Positions 12,462 to 23,489 of a stretch of 64,000 nucleotides of DNA are shown piece after piece. This stretch comes from Burkholderia sp. (GTDB lineage Bacteria; Pseudomonadota; Gammaproteobacteria; Burkholderiales; Burkholderiaceae). The translations under genes were made by a program, and so were the position numbers. The stretch spans positions 111,887 through 175,886 of the forward strand of contig JAVHYW010000001.1 in the NCBI GenBank assembly GCA_032470235.1, in the 5' to 3' direction. How positions within the stretch are numbered: the stretch's first letter is position 1; each line of letters begins with the position of its first letter. Under the pieces are notes generated by a model. That model did not search any database, was not told the origin of the DNA, and was given only the letters and a program-made list of their open reading frames with translations.

Positions 12462-12578
12462 AGAGCTCTCATGTGAGAATAGCCTTAAAAGAATTATATA
12501 AGATCGTTATTATTTCTATGTATTCTTTGCTATATCTTCTTATATAGAAACATCAAATTTATCATATCTATAAAAGAA

Positions 12579-12950
12579 TTAAAGTGGATTAAAATCAGAT
12601 GGTATATCATCTGTTATGCTAAATTTTACTAGATGATCTTTGAAGAAATTTATTACTAGATCTCGCTTTTTAATAACTTGAGTTGAACCGCAATTAAAAT
12701 AAAATAGATAATCCCAACGGTCGAGATTAAATATATCAGAAAGAATAGGAGTAGATAGTAAACTTAAAACCTCTTCTTTTGTCATGCCGACATGAAGCTG
12801 TGATATTTTATCTTGAGAAAAAAAAACTCCCTGAACAATTTTCATTCTATGTGACGTAATTCTTTTTGCAATAAGTTGTGATATTTTATCGTAAGATAAA
12901 CATCCGGCTAGCATAGTAATAGTAACAACAATAATTGTTGCGCTATACAT
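12579..12950 (-). CDS. bamE: Outer-membrane protein assembly factor BamE (SmpA/OmlA lipoprotein)
   Basis: The ORF track gives 12579-12992. An internal ATG at 12950 yields a lipoprotein signal (MYSATIIVVTITMLAGC). The SmpA/OmlA core is HVGMTKEEVLSLLSTP...DRWDY. It is adjacent to dapB, as in Burkholderiales. Confidence 0.75.
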   Translation of the reverse strand: MYSATIIVVTITMLAGCLSYDKISQLIAKRITSHRMKIVQGVFFSQDKISQLHVGMTKEEVLSLLSTPILSDIFNLDRWDYLFYFNCGSTQVIKKRDLVINFFKDHLVKFSITDDIPSDFNPL

Positions 12951-13347
12951 TAGCTTCCTTTGAAGATAATTAAAAAAAATAAAAATTTTCACTGGATAAG
13001 AACTTGATAAGATTATGGTATTAATTTTTAGAATAGAAAAATACTATAATTAATGTCTAATTTAAACAATCTTAGAAAGATTGAACTCAACCTTGGAAAA
13101 TATGAAAATATTTTTAAGCAGAAGTGTCTTCTTTACGTAGAACTAGTTAAAATTTCTAGTAAATTTTAACGGGATTTACTGTAGAATTAGATAAACTTAT
13201 TAAGTTAATCTTATAAGTTCTCAGTAAAATATAGAAAGATACATTTATAACCAGCATGTGTGTATCGTCGAAAAATTAATAAAAAACCTAATTAAGAATA
13301 ATTAAAAGAGATATGGAGTATCTCATATTAATGTAGTTTTACATAGC

Positions 13348-14358
13348 CTATTTTGCATTTGCTAATGCAACTGCCGTGTCAAGCATCCGGTTTGAAAAAC
13401 CCCATTCGTTATCATACCAGCTTAATACCTTCACGAGTCGACCTATCACTTTTGTTAGAGTTGCGTCAAATATAGAAGATGCTGGATTATGATTAAAATC
13501 AATCGATACGAGAGGTTTTATATTATAGCTAAGTATATTCTTTAGTGATCCTTCCGCTGCTTCTTTCATAAGCTTGTTTATCTCATCTATCGTCGTGTCA
13601 CGTTTTGCAATAAATGATAGGTCGACGACTGATACATTTATAGTTGGAATTCGGATCGCATATCCATCAAGCTTACCATTTAATTCTGGAAGGACAAGGC
13701 CAACTGCAGAGGCAGCGCCTGTTTTTGTTGGGATTTGGCTATACGTCGCTGAACGAGCGCGCCTTAGCTCTTTATGACATACATCTGTTAAAACCTGATC
13801 GTTCGTATATGCATGAATCGTTGTCATTAGACCAGTTTCAATACCTATTTCATCATTTAGAGGCTTAATCATCGGCACAAGACAGTTCGTCGTACAGGAC
13901 GCATTAGAGATTACTGTATGCTTAGCCTTTAGAATATGGTGATTTACGCCATAGACAATTGTTGCGTCAACATCTTTCCCGCCAGGTGCTGAGATTATTA
14001 CCTTTTTTGCTCCAACATTCAAATGAGCACTCGCTTTTTCCTTCGTTATGAAGGATCCTGTACACTCCATTACAATATCGACATCCAGTTTTCCCCATGG
14101 TAGCGTAGCCGGGTTTCGATTAGAAAGGACAAGAATTTTCGTGCCGTTCACAATAAGATATTCACCATCAATAGACACTTCACCTGGGAAACGGCCATGC
14201 GCAGTATCGTACTGAGTTAGATATGCATTCGTCTCTAAATCGCTAAGATCATTAATCGCAACGATCTCGATATCGTGCTTCTTACCACCTTCATAGAAGG
14301 CGCGAAGTACATTGCGGCCAATTCTACCATAACCATTGATTGCAACGCGAATCGTCAT
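13348..14358 (-). CDS. gapA: Glyceraldehyde-3-phosphate dehydrogenase
   Basis: 336 aa with INGYGRIGR and the active site [10 protein letters not shown]. Confidence 0.95.
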   Translation of the reverse strand: MTIRVAINGYGRIGRNVLRAFYEGGKKHDIEIVAINDLSDLETNAYLTQYDTAHGRFPGEVSIDGEYLIVNGTKILVLSNRNPATLPWGKLDVDIVMECTGSFITKEKASAHLNVGAKKVIISAPGGKDVDATIVYGVNHHILKAKHTVISNASCTTNCLVPMIKPLNDEIGIETGLMTTIHAYTNDQVLTDVCHKELRRARSATYSQIPTKTGAASAVGLVLPELNGKLDGYAIRIPTINVSVVDLSFIAKRDTTIDEINKLMKEAAEGSLKNILSYNIKPLVSIDFNHNPASSIFDATLTKVIGRLVKVLSWYDNEWGFSNRMLDTAVALANAK

Positions 14359-14526
14359 ATCTATCTCCTAATGATTTAAAATTTATTTTTCTTAATTTCA
14401 TTATAGTTCGTATAAAAATCAATACGCTGCTCTAGCTAAAGTAGTCTATCGCTCTCCCTATTCAAATGACGTATTAATATAAAAACTTTGGATTCCTCAT
14501 CAAGCTCTCTACTTTATTTATACTTC

Positions 14527-16554
14527 TCATATGAGAATGCTCTTTGCTATCTCAATAATATTGTTAATGGTGAAACCGAAGTACTTGAACAATACATCTT
14601 TAGGTGCTGATTCGCCGAACGTATCAATCCCAATAACACCACCCTCTAGACCAACATATTTTCTCCAGAAGCTCGTTATACCAGCTTCAATAGCTATTCG
14701 ACGCACACCGTGTGGCAACACATTATCTCGATAACTTACGTTCTGACGATCAAATACTGTCGTTGAAGGCATAGAAACGACACGAGCTGTGATTCCATGT
14801 TGAGCGAGTGGTTCAATAGCCTTTATCGCTAGATCTACTTCAGAGCCGGTTGCAAGAAGAATAATCTTATGATCGATAATCTCATTATTCCAATCTTTCA
14901 GTACGTAGCCACCTTTCTCGATATTTGATATTTGCTCCTCAGTTCGCACATTAAATATCAGCTTCTGACGGCTAAAAATTAAACTTGATGGATAATTTGA
15001 GGAGATTGCGTGTGTCCATGCAACTGCAGTTTCAACTGTGTCTGCTGGACGCCAAACATCATGATTAGGAATCATACGTAGACATGAAATGTGCTCAATT
15101 GACTGGTGAGTTGGTCCATCTTCGCCAAGTCCAATTGAATCATGAGTAAATACAAAGATTGATGGAATCTTCATTAATGCAGCAGAGCGAATCGCGCTCC
15201 GACTATAATCAGAGAAGGTTAAGAATGTCCCGCCAAACGGCCTGTATCCACCGTGTAGAACAAGACCATTAATTATGGCACTCATTCCGAATTCGCGAAC
15301 ACCATAGTTAATATAATTACCATATAGTATGCCTGTATCACTCTTATTCGCTCGAACTGATTTTGACAGCTTCCAATCTGTTAGATTAGAAGCTGTTAGG
15401 TCAGCAGAGCCACCAAGAAATTCGGGGAGTATAGATGCAAGATCTTCTATCGTTTGCTGAGATGCTTTACGCGTTGCGATCGTTTCACGGCGCTCGTTTG
15501 CGATAGAAATGATCAACTTTGCTTTCTGCGGCCATTTTTCCGGTAGACTGTTCATCATCCTACGCTCGAATTCAGCTGATTCTATCGAATATTTCTTGCG
15601 ATAAAAAGAAAATATCATGTTCCAGTCTGATTCGATGCTCATACCTATTTTTTTTGCATCCCATGCTTTATATACTTCCTGTGGAATTACAAATGGCTCC
15701 CAACTCCAGCCAAGTGCTTTTCTCGTTTTCGAAATTTCCTCTTTGCCAAGTGCAGCACCATGAATGTTATAGTTACCCGCCTTTGTAGCTGCACCTTGAC
15801 CGATCAGTGTCTTACAGAAAATAATCGTCGGCTTATCGGACTGTTTTGCCTGTGATATCGAAACATCTATTGAATCGACATCATGTCCGTTTACATTCGG
15901 TATTACGTTCCATCCGTATGCCTCAAAGCGCTTCTGGCTATCATCATTAAACCAATGTACGACTTTTCCATCAATAGAAATACCATTGTCGTCATATAGA
16001 GCGATCAACTTGTTTAGCTTCAAAGTACCAGCCAGCGAACATGCCTCATGAGAGATCCCTTCCATCAGGCAACCATCACCAAGGAATACATATGTATAGT
16101 GATCTACTATTCTTGCATCCTCTCGGTTAAATTCAGCAGCCATTAGTGATTCACCAAGGGCCATCCCAACTGCATTCGCTAGACCTTGTCCAAGCGGACC
16201 CGTTGTTGCCTCAACACCTGGAGTAATACCGTATTCCGGATGACCTGGTGTTTTCGAATGCAGTTGTCTAAAATTCTTAAGCTCGTCGATTGGTAAATCG
16301 TAGCCAGTCAAGTGCAGCAATGCGTAAAGTAGCATCGAGCCATGGCCATTAGATAGAATGAATCGATCTCGATCCACCCAAAGTGGATTCACTGGATTAT
16401 GCTTGAAATGTCGTGACCATAGTGCAACACCGATTTCAGCCATACCCATCGGCATACCTGGATGCCCAGAATTCGCTTGTTGTACGGCATCCATTGTAAG
16501 TACTCGGATCGCATTAGCCATAAGAGCAGAGGAGGAATGAAGAGAAATAGTCAT
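14527..16554 (-). CDS. tkt: Transketolase
   Basis: 675 aa with a ThDP motif region and [15 protein letters not shown]. Confidence 0.95.
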   Translation of the reverse strand: MTISLHSSSALMANAIRVLTMDAVQQANSGHPGMPMGMAEIGVALWSRHFKHNPVNPLWVDRDRFILSNGHGSMLLYALLHLTGYDLPIDELKNFRQLHSKTPGHPEYGITPGVEATTGPLGQGLANAVGMALGESLMAAEFNREDARIVDHYTYVFLGDGCLMEGISHEACSLAGTLKLNKLIALYDDNGISIDGKVVHWFNDDSQKRFEAYGWNVIPNVNGHDVDSIDVSISQAKQSDKPTIIFCKTLIGQGAATKAGNYNIHGAALGKEEISKTRKALGWSWEPFVIPQEVYKAWDAKKIGMSIESDWNMIFSFYRKKYSIESAEFERRMMNSLPEKWPQKAKLIISIANERRETIATRKASQQTIEDLASILPEFLGGSADLTASNLTDWKLSKSVRANKSDTGILYGNYINYGVREFGMSAIINGLVLHGGYRPFGGTFLTFSDYSRSAIRSAALMKIPSIFVFTHDSIGLGEDGPTHQSIEHISCLRMIPNHDVWRPADTVETAVAWTHAISSNYPSSLIFSRQKLIFNVRTEEQISNIEKGGYVLKDWNNEIIDHKIILLATGSEVDLAIKAIEPLAQHGITARVVSMPSTTVFDRQNVSYRDNVLPHGVRRIAIEAGITSFWRKYVGLEGGVIGIDTFGESAPKDVLFKYFGFTINNIIEIAKSILI

Positions 16555-16670
16555 GTAGAGAATCCGGATAGAAAACTATCAAAAACTAGCAAGTAAAAGA
16601 TCTGCTATCTGCGAAGATCGAAAAATAATTCTGAATTAAAATATGAAATTATGATCTGATACGCTACAAA

Positions 16671-16699
16671 AAAGATAAACATAACAGATGTTTATCTTT
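16671..16699 (-). terminator. Rho-independent terminator downstream of maeB
   Basis: Perfect 12-bp stem AAAGATAAACAT / ATGTTTATCTTT with a 5-nt loop. On the minus strand it runs into a T tract (CTTTTTTG). It lies 50 nt after the maeB stop. Confidence 0.55.
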
Positions 16700-16748
16700 A
16701 GAAAGAAGAAATTTTTTGTCGTTGATACAATCATTGTTGCTTTATTTA

Positions 16749-18782
16749 TTACATTTCTTCGACTGATAAATCGGATACAAGTAGCGCAGAAATATTAACA
16801 ATTCTCCGTACTGTAGCTGATTCGGTCAGAACATGTATTGGCTTAGCAGCACCGAGAAGGATAGGCCCAATCGCAATGTTATTACCTGAAGCTGTTTTTA
16901 GTAGATTATATGCAATGTTTGCAGAATCAATGTTTGGTAACACAAGCAAGTTTGCATCATCGTTAAGCATGAACTTTGAAAGTTTTCCTTTACGCAGTCC
17001 GGAATCGAGTGCGACATCACCATGCATTTCCCCATCGACCTTCAGCTCTGGAAATCGATCACGTAAAATTATAAGTGTATCTCGCATTTTCTGGGCAGAT
17101 GGTGCGCTGCTTGTACCGAAATTTGAATGTGACAGCAATGCAACATTCGGCTCAATATCAAAATTCCGTATTGCTCTGGCAGCCATAATAGTAATTTCTG
17201 CGAGCTGCTCCGGTGTCGGATCGATATTCACATGTGTATCAACAAGGAAAATTTGGCGTCCAGGTAGTACTAAGCCATTCATCGCTGCATATACACTGCA
17301 ACCTTCTTTTTTTCCAATTATTTGATTGATGAAATGTAGATGGCAGTGCGTCGTACTAATCGTTCCACAAATCATCCCGTCTGCTTTGCCCATTCTAAGA
17401 AGCATAGCGCCCATTATTGTGGATCGATAGTGTGTCTCGAATTCAGCATTTATCTCGCTAGCCGTATTATAAGTTATCTGCCTATATTCATTCCAAAGTT
17501 CATGATAACGCTTATCGCTTTTGTCAGAGTTGACGATCTCAAAATCGACTTCTGGAGTTAGTCGAAGACCGAAACTCTTGATCTGATTCTTGATCGAAGA
17601 TGGAAGGCCAATTAAAATCGGCGTTGCAATTTTTTCATCGATAAGGATCTGTGCTGCGCGCAATACTCGCTCCTCTTCGCCCTCAGCAAATAGTATCCGC
17701 TTTTTCCTCGTTGCTGTGCGGCGCGCAAGATTAAAAATTGGTTTCATCGCTGTGCCGCTGTGGTATACGAACTGCTGCAAATGTTGCGTGTACGAATCTA
17801 TGTCCTTGATTTGTCGGGTTGCAACTCCGCTGTCTATCGCAGCCTGAGCAACAGCTGGTGCAATCTTTGAGATTAATCGTGGATCAAATGGTTTTGGAAT
17901 TAGGTATTGTGAACCGAATAATAGATTTTTTGCACTATCGTATGCACTTACTACTACATCGCTTTGCTCCTGCTGAGCAAGCTCAGAAATCGCATTAACC
18001 GCTGCGATTTCCATCTCACGAGTGATCGTTGTTGCCCCAACATCAAGCGCACCTCGAAAGATAAATGGGAAACAAAGAACATTATTGACCTGGTTTGGAT
18101 AATCAGTTCGGCCGGTTGCAAGGATCGCATCAGGACGTACTTTGAGCGCTATTTCAGGAAGAATTTCTGGTGTTGGATTCGCAAGTGCAAAAATTAAGGG
18201 GTGGGTAGCCATATCTTTCACCATCTCTGGCTTTAGAACTCCACCGACTGATAGTCCGAGGAAAGCATCTGCACCACGAATTACTTCACTTAATGAGCGT
18301 GCGTTTGTTTCTCGAGCAAAGCGTTTTTTATTTGGATCCATTAGTTCGGTACGCCCTTTGTAGACAACGCCAGCTAGATCGATCACTGTGATATTTTCTA
18401 GAGGTAGTCCAATGTCGACAAGCAGATCAAGACATGAGAGTGCAGCTGCACCTGCACCAGATGTAACAAGCCTAACTTCTTTTATAGACTTATCTACAAC
18501 CTTTAGTCCGTTTCTAAACGCCGCTGCAACAACGATAGCAGTTCCATGCTGGTCATCGTGGAATACTGGTATCTTCATCCTTTTTCGGCATTCTCGCTCA
18601 ACGATGAAACAGTCAGGCGCTTTAATATCCTCAAGGTTGATCCCGCCGAACGTTGGCTCAAGTGCAGAAATAACATCGATGAGTTTATATGGATTAGATT
18701 CGTTTATTTCGATATCAAATACATCAATACCGGCGAACTTCTTGAATAGGACAGCTTTGCCTTCCATTATTTGGAGAAACAT
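16749..18782 (-). CDS. maeB: NADP-dependent malic enzyme (malic + phosphotransacetylase-like domains), 5'-truncated; possible pseudogene
   Basis: 677-aa ORF starting [25 protein letters not shown]. This aligns to about residue 85-90 of full-length MaeB (...[23 protein letters not shown]). Only 61 bp separate it from the divergent pyrE. Confidence 0.85.
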   Translation of the reverse strand: [677 protein letters not shown]

Positions 18783-18843
18783 AGTTGAGATCTTTTATTT
18801 ATTTCCGTTATATACTGAATAGCTTGAAATAAGGCTCTAAATA

Positions 18844-19530
18844 ATGATAGAGCTTGATCGTCAGTTGATTTCAGATACGACTGCAAAAATATTATTTTCT
18901 GTGAAAGCAGTATACTTTAACAGTTTTAAGCCATTTATCTTTACATCTGGCTTAGCTAGCCCAGTTTATATTGACTGTCGTAAACTAATCTCATATCCGC
19001 ACGAGCGCCGTTTACTTATGGAAATGGCAGAGGCAATAATTACTTGTGATATTGGCCTAGAAAAATTAGACTCGGTTGCAGGCGGAGAAACTGCTGGAAT
19101 TCCTTTTGCTGCATGGCTTGCATATCGTCTTGATTTACCAATGCAGTATATACGAAAGAAACCGAAAGGTTTCGGTCGTAACGTTCAGATTGAGGGGAAT
19201 TTAGTAGAGGGTTCTCGCGTACTGCTTGTTGAAGATCTAATAATGGATAGCTGCAGTAAAATTAATTTTATCAATGCACTTCGAAATGCTAGCGCGAATA
19301 TAAAACACTGTTTCGTGTTGTTTCACTACAATATTTTCAAACAAAGTGTATCTATTTTAAAGTGTGCAGGTGTTGACTTGCACGCATTAGCGACCTGGTG
19401 GGACTTGATTCGCGTCGCTAAGGAATTTGAATTTTTCGAAATGAAGACAATAGATGAAGTTGAAAAATTCCTGCATGCTCCTGCTGATTGGTCAGCAGCA
19501 CATGGTGGAACGACAGGTATGCGTGAGTAA
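18844..19530 (+). CDS. pyrE: Orotate phosphoribosyltransferase (long betaproteobacterial type)
   Basis: 228 aa with a PRPP-binding region VLLVEDLIMDSCSK and the C-terminal WWD...WSAAHGG pattern typical of this PyrE subfamily. Confidence 0.85.
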   Translation: MIELDRQLISDTTAKILFSVKAVYFNSFKPFIFTSGLASPVYIDCRKLISYPHERRLLMEMAEAIITCDIGLEKLDSVAGGETAGIPFAAWLAYRLDLPMQYIRKKPKGFGRNVQIEGNLVEGSRVLLVEDLIMDSCSKINFINALRNASANIKHCFVLFHYNIFKQSVSILKCAGVDLHALATWWDLIRVAKEFEFFEMKTIDEVEKFLHAPADWSAAHGGTTGMRE

Positions 19531-19749
19531 ACCTATCTGGAGATTTATCATCTTGCTCCATCGAGCATAATCCTTTGTATCTATTTTAAATACAAAATTT
19601 TGTTTATATTTTAATTCTTCTAGAATAGTAAATTCTATAATAAGAATTATTCTTTTGATCTACAAAGAGAAATTTGCTGTTACTATTATTTTTCTTCTAT
19701 AGATGCAATGTACTGTGTTATTTATCGCTTACATTTGAGTTGGATTGGA

Positions 19750-20700
19750 ATGAAAAAGAAAATATTCATTGATGGGCAAGAAGGTACAACTGGTCTTAAG
19801 ATCCTAGAATATTTATCGGATAGAAGAGATATAGAAATTCTATATATCGATGAATCAAAACGCAAGGATATTAAAGAACGTCATCATCTAATAAATTATT
19901 CAGATATCACGTTCCTTTGTCTTCCAACTGATGCAGCGCAAGAATCAGCGACACTTGTTTGTAATAAAAATACAACGTTAATTGATGCAAGTGCTATGTT
20001 TCGTACACATGCAGACTGGGTGTATGGTCTACCCGAGCTAGATACGGCTCAGCGTGAATACATTAGAAGATCGAAACGTATCTCTGTTCCAGGTTGTCAT
20101 GCATCGGCGTTCGTTCTCGCTATGCGTCCTCTTGTCAATTCTGGAGTTATATCACCATCATTCATCGCACATAGCTACTCGATAACTGGCTATAGTGGAG
20201 GCGGAAAATCCATGATAGCTAATTATAAAAATGGCACATTAACTGAAAAGTTAATATGCCCTCGCCCTTATGCACTAAATCTTATGCATAAGCATCTACC
20301 AGAAATGGCAGTGCATTCTGGACTTAAATATCCGCCGATCTTTATACCGATTGTTGGTCCATTTTTAAGAGGGCTTGCATTAACAATATACTTTACACCA
20401 TCACAGCTTAAGAAACGAATAACTCCAAAGAATGTGCAATCTATCCTCGCTGAGCATTACGAAGATGAACAATTCATACATGTCAACCCATTTAAATCAG
20501 ATGATATCTCTGATAGGGGTTTTTTTGACATACAAGCTAATAATGGTACAAATCGCGTTGACCTGTTCGTATTTGGTAACGAGGAGCGTTTTGTGACTAT
20601 TTCACGTCTTGATAACTTAGGTAAGGGTGCATCTGGTGCTGCTATTCAGTGTATGAACCTAATTATTGGTGCAAGTGAGGATTTTGGTCTTAAGCACTAA
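19750..20700 (+). CDS. argC: N-acetyl-gamma-glutamyl-phosphate reductase (short, type-2 ArgC)
   Basis: The ORF track starts at 19708. An ATG at 19750 gives MKKKIFIDGQEGTTGLKI (N-terminal Rossmann fold). The catalytic Cys is in SVPGCHASAF, with DNLGKGASGAAIQ near the C-terminus. Confidence 0.88.
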   Translation: MKKKIFIDGQEGTTGLKILEYLSDRRDIEILYIDESKRKDIKERHHLINYSDITFLCLPTDAAQESATLVCNKNTTLIDASAMFRTHADWVYGLPELDTAQREYIRRSKRISVPGCHASAFVLAMRPLVNSGVISPSFIAHSYSITGYSGGGKSMIANYKNGTLTEKLICPRPYALNLMHKHLPEMAVHSGLKYPPIFIPIVGPFLRGLALTIYFTPSQLKKRITPKNVQSILAEHYEDEQFIHVNPFKSDDISDRGFFDIQANNGTNRVDLFVFGNEERFVTISRLDNLGKGASGAAIQCMNLIIGASEDFGLKH

Positions 20701-20902
20701 AGATAAAAAATATCTTATTATTCGTTGTTAATCACTAGATTTAGTAACTCAAGATCGCATCGATTTATCTATTTATAGATTAAGAATATTTAGGGTCGAA
20801 TTAATAAGAAGTCGAATAAAAAAAAGAAAATCCCTGTTGAAATATGGATTTCAGCTAAAATCTAAGCACTAGATCTTTTTTCATCTTTAAATATTTTGTT
20901 TG

Positions 20903-20975
20903 TAGAGCGGAGGAGTATCGAACTCTAGACCTTCGCATTGCGAACGCGATGCTCTCCCAGTTGAGCTACCGCCCC
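20903..20975 (-). tRNA. tRNA-Ala (anticodon CGC) with a weakened T-stem and a G1-U72 pair; possibly decaying
   Basis: The reverse complement reads GGGGCGG-TA-GCTC-AACTGGGA-GAGC-A-TCGCG-TTCGCAA-TGCGA-AGGTC-TAGAG-TTCGATA-CTCCT-CCGCTCT-A. The G3:U70 Ala identity pair is present. The T-stem has only 3 Watson-Crick pairs (49:65 U-U, 50:64 A-C). No CCA is encoded. Confidence 0.7.
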
Positions 20976-21273
20976 AATAAAGTCAAATTAACATGAATGT
21001 ATAAGAGCAATATAAAGATTAGTATTAGTTTAATAAAAATTAAATTCCACAGTACTTATTATAAACGGACTGTTTTCTGGGCTCGCTCCAACACTACTCT
21101 TTAATTTTATAAAAGATGTGCGCAATCCTGAAAAATTCCTTGAAAAAATATGAGCCTATGCTAATTCTAAGAATTAGATCTTTGCTATCTATAGTTTATA
21201 CTTCATATTCATTTTCTGAAATAGTCTCGTCTATATAGTTCTACTTATAAAACATCCTTATCCTTTTCTCTAT

Positions 21274-21873
21274 TTAAATAAGATATTGGAATACTTTTAC
21301 AACCCTTTTGACGCCTGGAACATGACTTGTAATATCTGCGGCGCAGTTAGCTTCTTCAGAAGTTACAAGCCCGAGTAGATAAATATTTTTTCGCTCGCCG
21401 ACAATTTTGTAGTAATTTGCAGATATCCTCTTATTATTTATCAGAGCAGCTTTTACTCGGCTTTCAAGATATATATCGTTAACACGCGACGATAAAGAAG
21501 ATATAGGCTCTGTTGATAGCTCGTTTATAATTCCGTTTACATTGTAAATCGAACGAACAATTTCGCTCGCATGATATTTTAATGTTTTATTTGGAACTTC
21601 GCCTGTCATAAGAACACGATGATTAAATACTGCAATATTTACATGTGCTTGATTCGATAACTTTCTATGAATATGACTCATTGCCTTAATTTGGATCTCA
21701 CGATCTTCTGTTTGTGTACCAAGTGTACGGCGGTCTGCCATAATGAGTGCACTGCTTATAGCTGCGCCAGCTAGAGCAGCAGCGCAACCTTGCAGTGAGA
21801 TGGCTGTGCTTGCTATTAGACTCACTAACGCTACTCTTCTAAAGAGGGTCTTTCTAGTATTATTCTTCTTCAT
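21274..21873 (-). CDS. BON-domain lipoprotein (DolP/YraP/OsmY-like)
   Basis: The ORF track starts at a TTG at 21894. An ATG at 21873 is preceded by AGGAGA. There is a lipobox LQGCAA and two BON-like repeats. It is divergent from rsmI, like E. coli dolP. Confidence 0.7.
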   Translation of the reverse strand: MKKNNTRKTLFRRVALVSLIASTAISLQGCAAALAGAAISSALIMADRRTLGTQTEDREIQIKAMSHIHRKLSNQAHVNIAVFNHRVLMTGEVPNKTLKYHASEIVRSIYNVNGIINELSTEPISSLSSRVNDIYLESRVKAALINNKRISANYYKIVGERKNIYLLGLVTSEEANCAADITSHVPGVKRVVKVFQYLI

Positions 21874-22346
21874 CGAAGGTTCTCCTTTGTTCAATTAATA
21901 GATTCCTTTTTTAATAAATAGAGTAAGATCATAGCCCATGAGATTATAATTCTCTAATCTAATAAAGCTATAACGAACCGATTCGAGCTTATATACGAAG
22001 AAAGTTCGAGAAAGACCTACTATTCTCTAGATATTAAAATATGAATAGCTAGAGATAAATCAATTGTATTAAAAAAGAATTAAAATAGAATGAGTCATAA
22101 TTTTCTATATCTTACTCTAGTAGATACGCCTACGATTTCATAACACGTAATCGAGTTTACAATATTATTATTAGATAACTCTACTAAATATATATAAAAA
22201 GAGCAGGTATTCTTTCTCTAAGTATGCTCTTCTTTTAAGGTATAAAAAAGACTAAAAAAAGATAATTAAAGAGCGATGAAATACTTATCTACTCTTCTTA
22301 GTTATAGTTCTCAATCTTAGCCAGTAGCTACTTTATATAGGTAAAA

Positions 22347-23129
22347 TTGACTGCTTTCCTTGAACTTGCGCATACTCAGAACTATCCAGACCACGCTCTT
22401 TATATAGTTGCTATGCCTATTGGAAACGCGGCCGATATCACACTTCGTGCATTGTATATACTCGGTCTAGTTGATCGAATTGCAGCTGAAGATACTAGAA
22501 ATACAGGCCGACTCCTAGCGCGTTACGGTATCTCGAAACCACTTTTTTCTATTCATAAATATAACGAACGCGGAGCTGGACTGCGTCTTATCGAATATTT
22601 GCGTTCTGGCGAACGTATCGCGTATGTATCAGATGCTGGTACGCCAGGTATCTCAGATCCTGGAGCTCAACTTATTAATTTGGTTCGTATTTCTGGTTAT
22701 GAAGCAATTCCAATACCTGGACCAAGCGCAGTGACCACTGCACTAAGTGTCGTTGGTACCTGGGTAGGTACATCGTTTACGTTTATAGGCTTTTTGCCAT
22801 CTAAGTCAGGAAAGAGGATATCGATATTAGTAGCGTTGAAAACGCATCCATATACTCTTGTGTTCTATGAAGCGCCACACCGAATCGTTAAAACAATTAA
22901 TTCACTCGCAGATACGCTCGGCGAGACACGCCGTCTATTAATCGCTCGTGAGCTAACAAAATTACATGAACAATGCTTTCATGGAACTTTAATTGAAGGC
23001 ATCACATGGCTTGAATCAGATAAAAATCGGCAGCGTGGCGAATTTGTATTTGTAGTTGAAGGGGCTAATATCCATAAGAATAGAAATACTCATAAACTTT
23101 ATAAGAATTTTAATTCTGAACTTCCTTAA
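22347..23129 (+). CDS. rsmI: 16S rRNA (cytidine1402-2'-O)-methyltransferase RsmI
   Basis: 260 aa with a TTG start, tetrapyrrole-methylase-fold motifs LYIVAMPIGN and DAGTPGISDPG, and FYEAPHR. Confidence 0.88.
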   Translation: MTAFLELAHTQNYPDHALYIVAMPIGNAADITLRALYILGLVDRIAAEDTRNTGRLLARYGISKPLFSIHKYNERGAGLRLIEYLRSGERIAYVSDAGTPGISDPGAQLINLVRISGYEAIPIPGPSAVTTALSVVGTWVGTSFTFIGFLPSKSGKRISILVALKTHPYTLVFYEAPHRIVKTINSLADTLGETRRLLIARELTKLHEQCFHGTLIEGITWLESDKNRQRGEFVFVVEGANIHKNRNTHKLYKNFNSELP

Positions 23130-23489
23130 AACTCCTTACAAAGGTAAGAATTGACATGTTTTTATTATAATTCTTACTATAAAATTCTATGAAAGGTTTC
23201 TAATACCTTGTTCTGAACAAGACACGCTAAGTGATCTATAATAATATTATTATATTAATACTAATTTAGTAGAAAAATTATAGTAGGCAAAGCACATATT
23301 CGCTTACGTATAAGACTTCTCAATAAAAAATTAAAATTTACCATATATAATAAAAGCTCTTTATAGGTTATTGCCTTATAAATATAGAAATTTAGAATTT
23401 TTCTAAAAACCTAGACCTGATTCGTATATTCATTTAAGAGTATTTACTAATTAAGAGTATCTAATAAATTAGTTAAACATAACTGTATA

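Noticed and set aside
13067-13083. Hairpin CAATCTT-AGA-AAGATTG in the bamE-gapA spacer, together with similar short AT-rich hairpins (6009-6023, 23145-23178, 60693-60713).
   Set aside because: These are short stems without U-tracts at plausible distances from gene ends. Such structures are expected by chance in AT-rich DNA.
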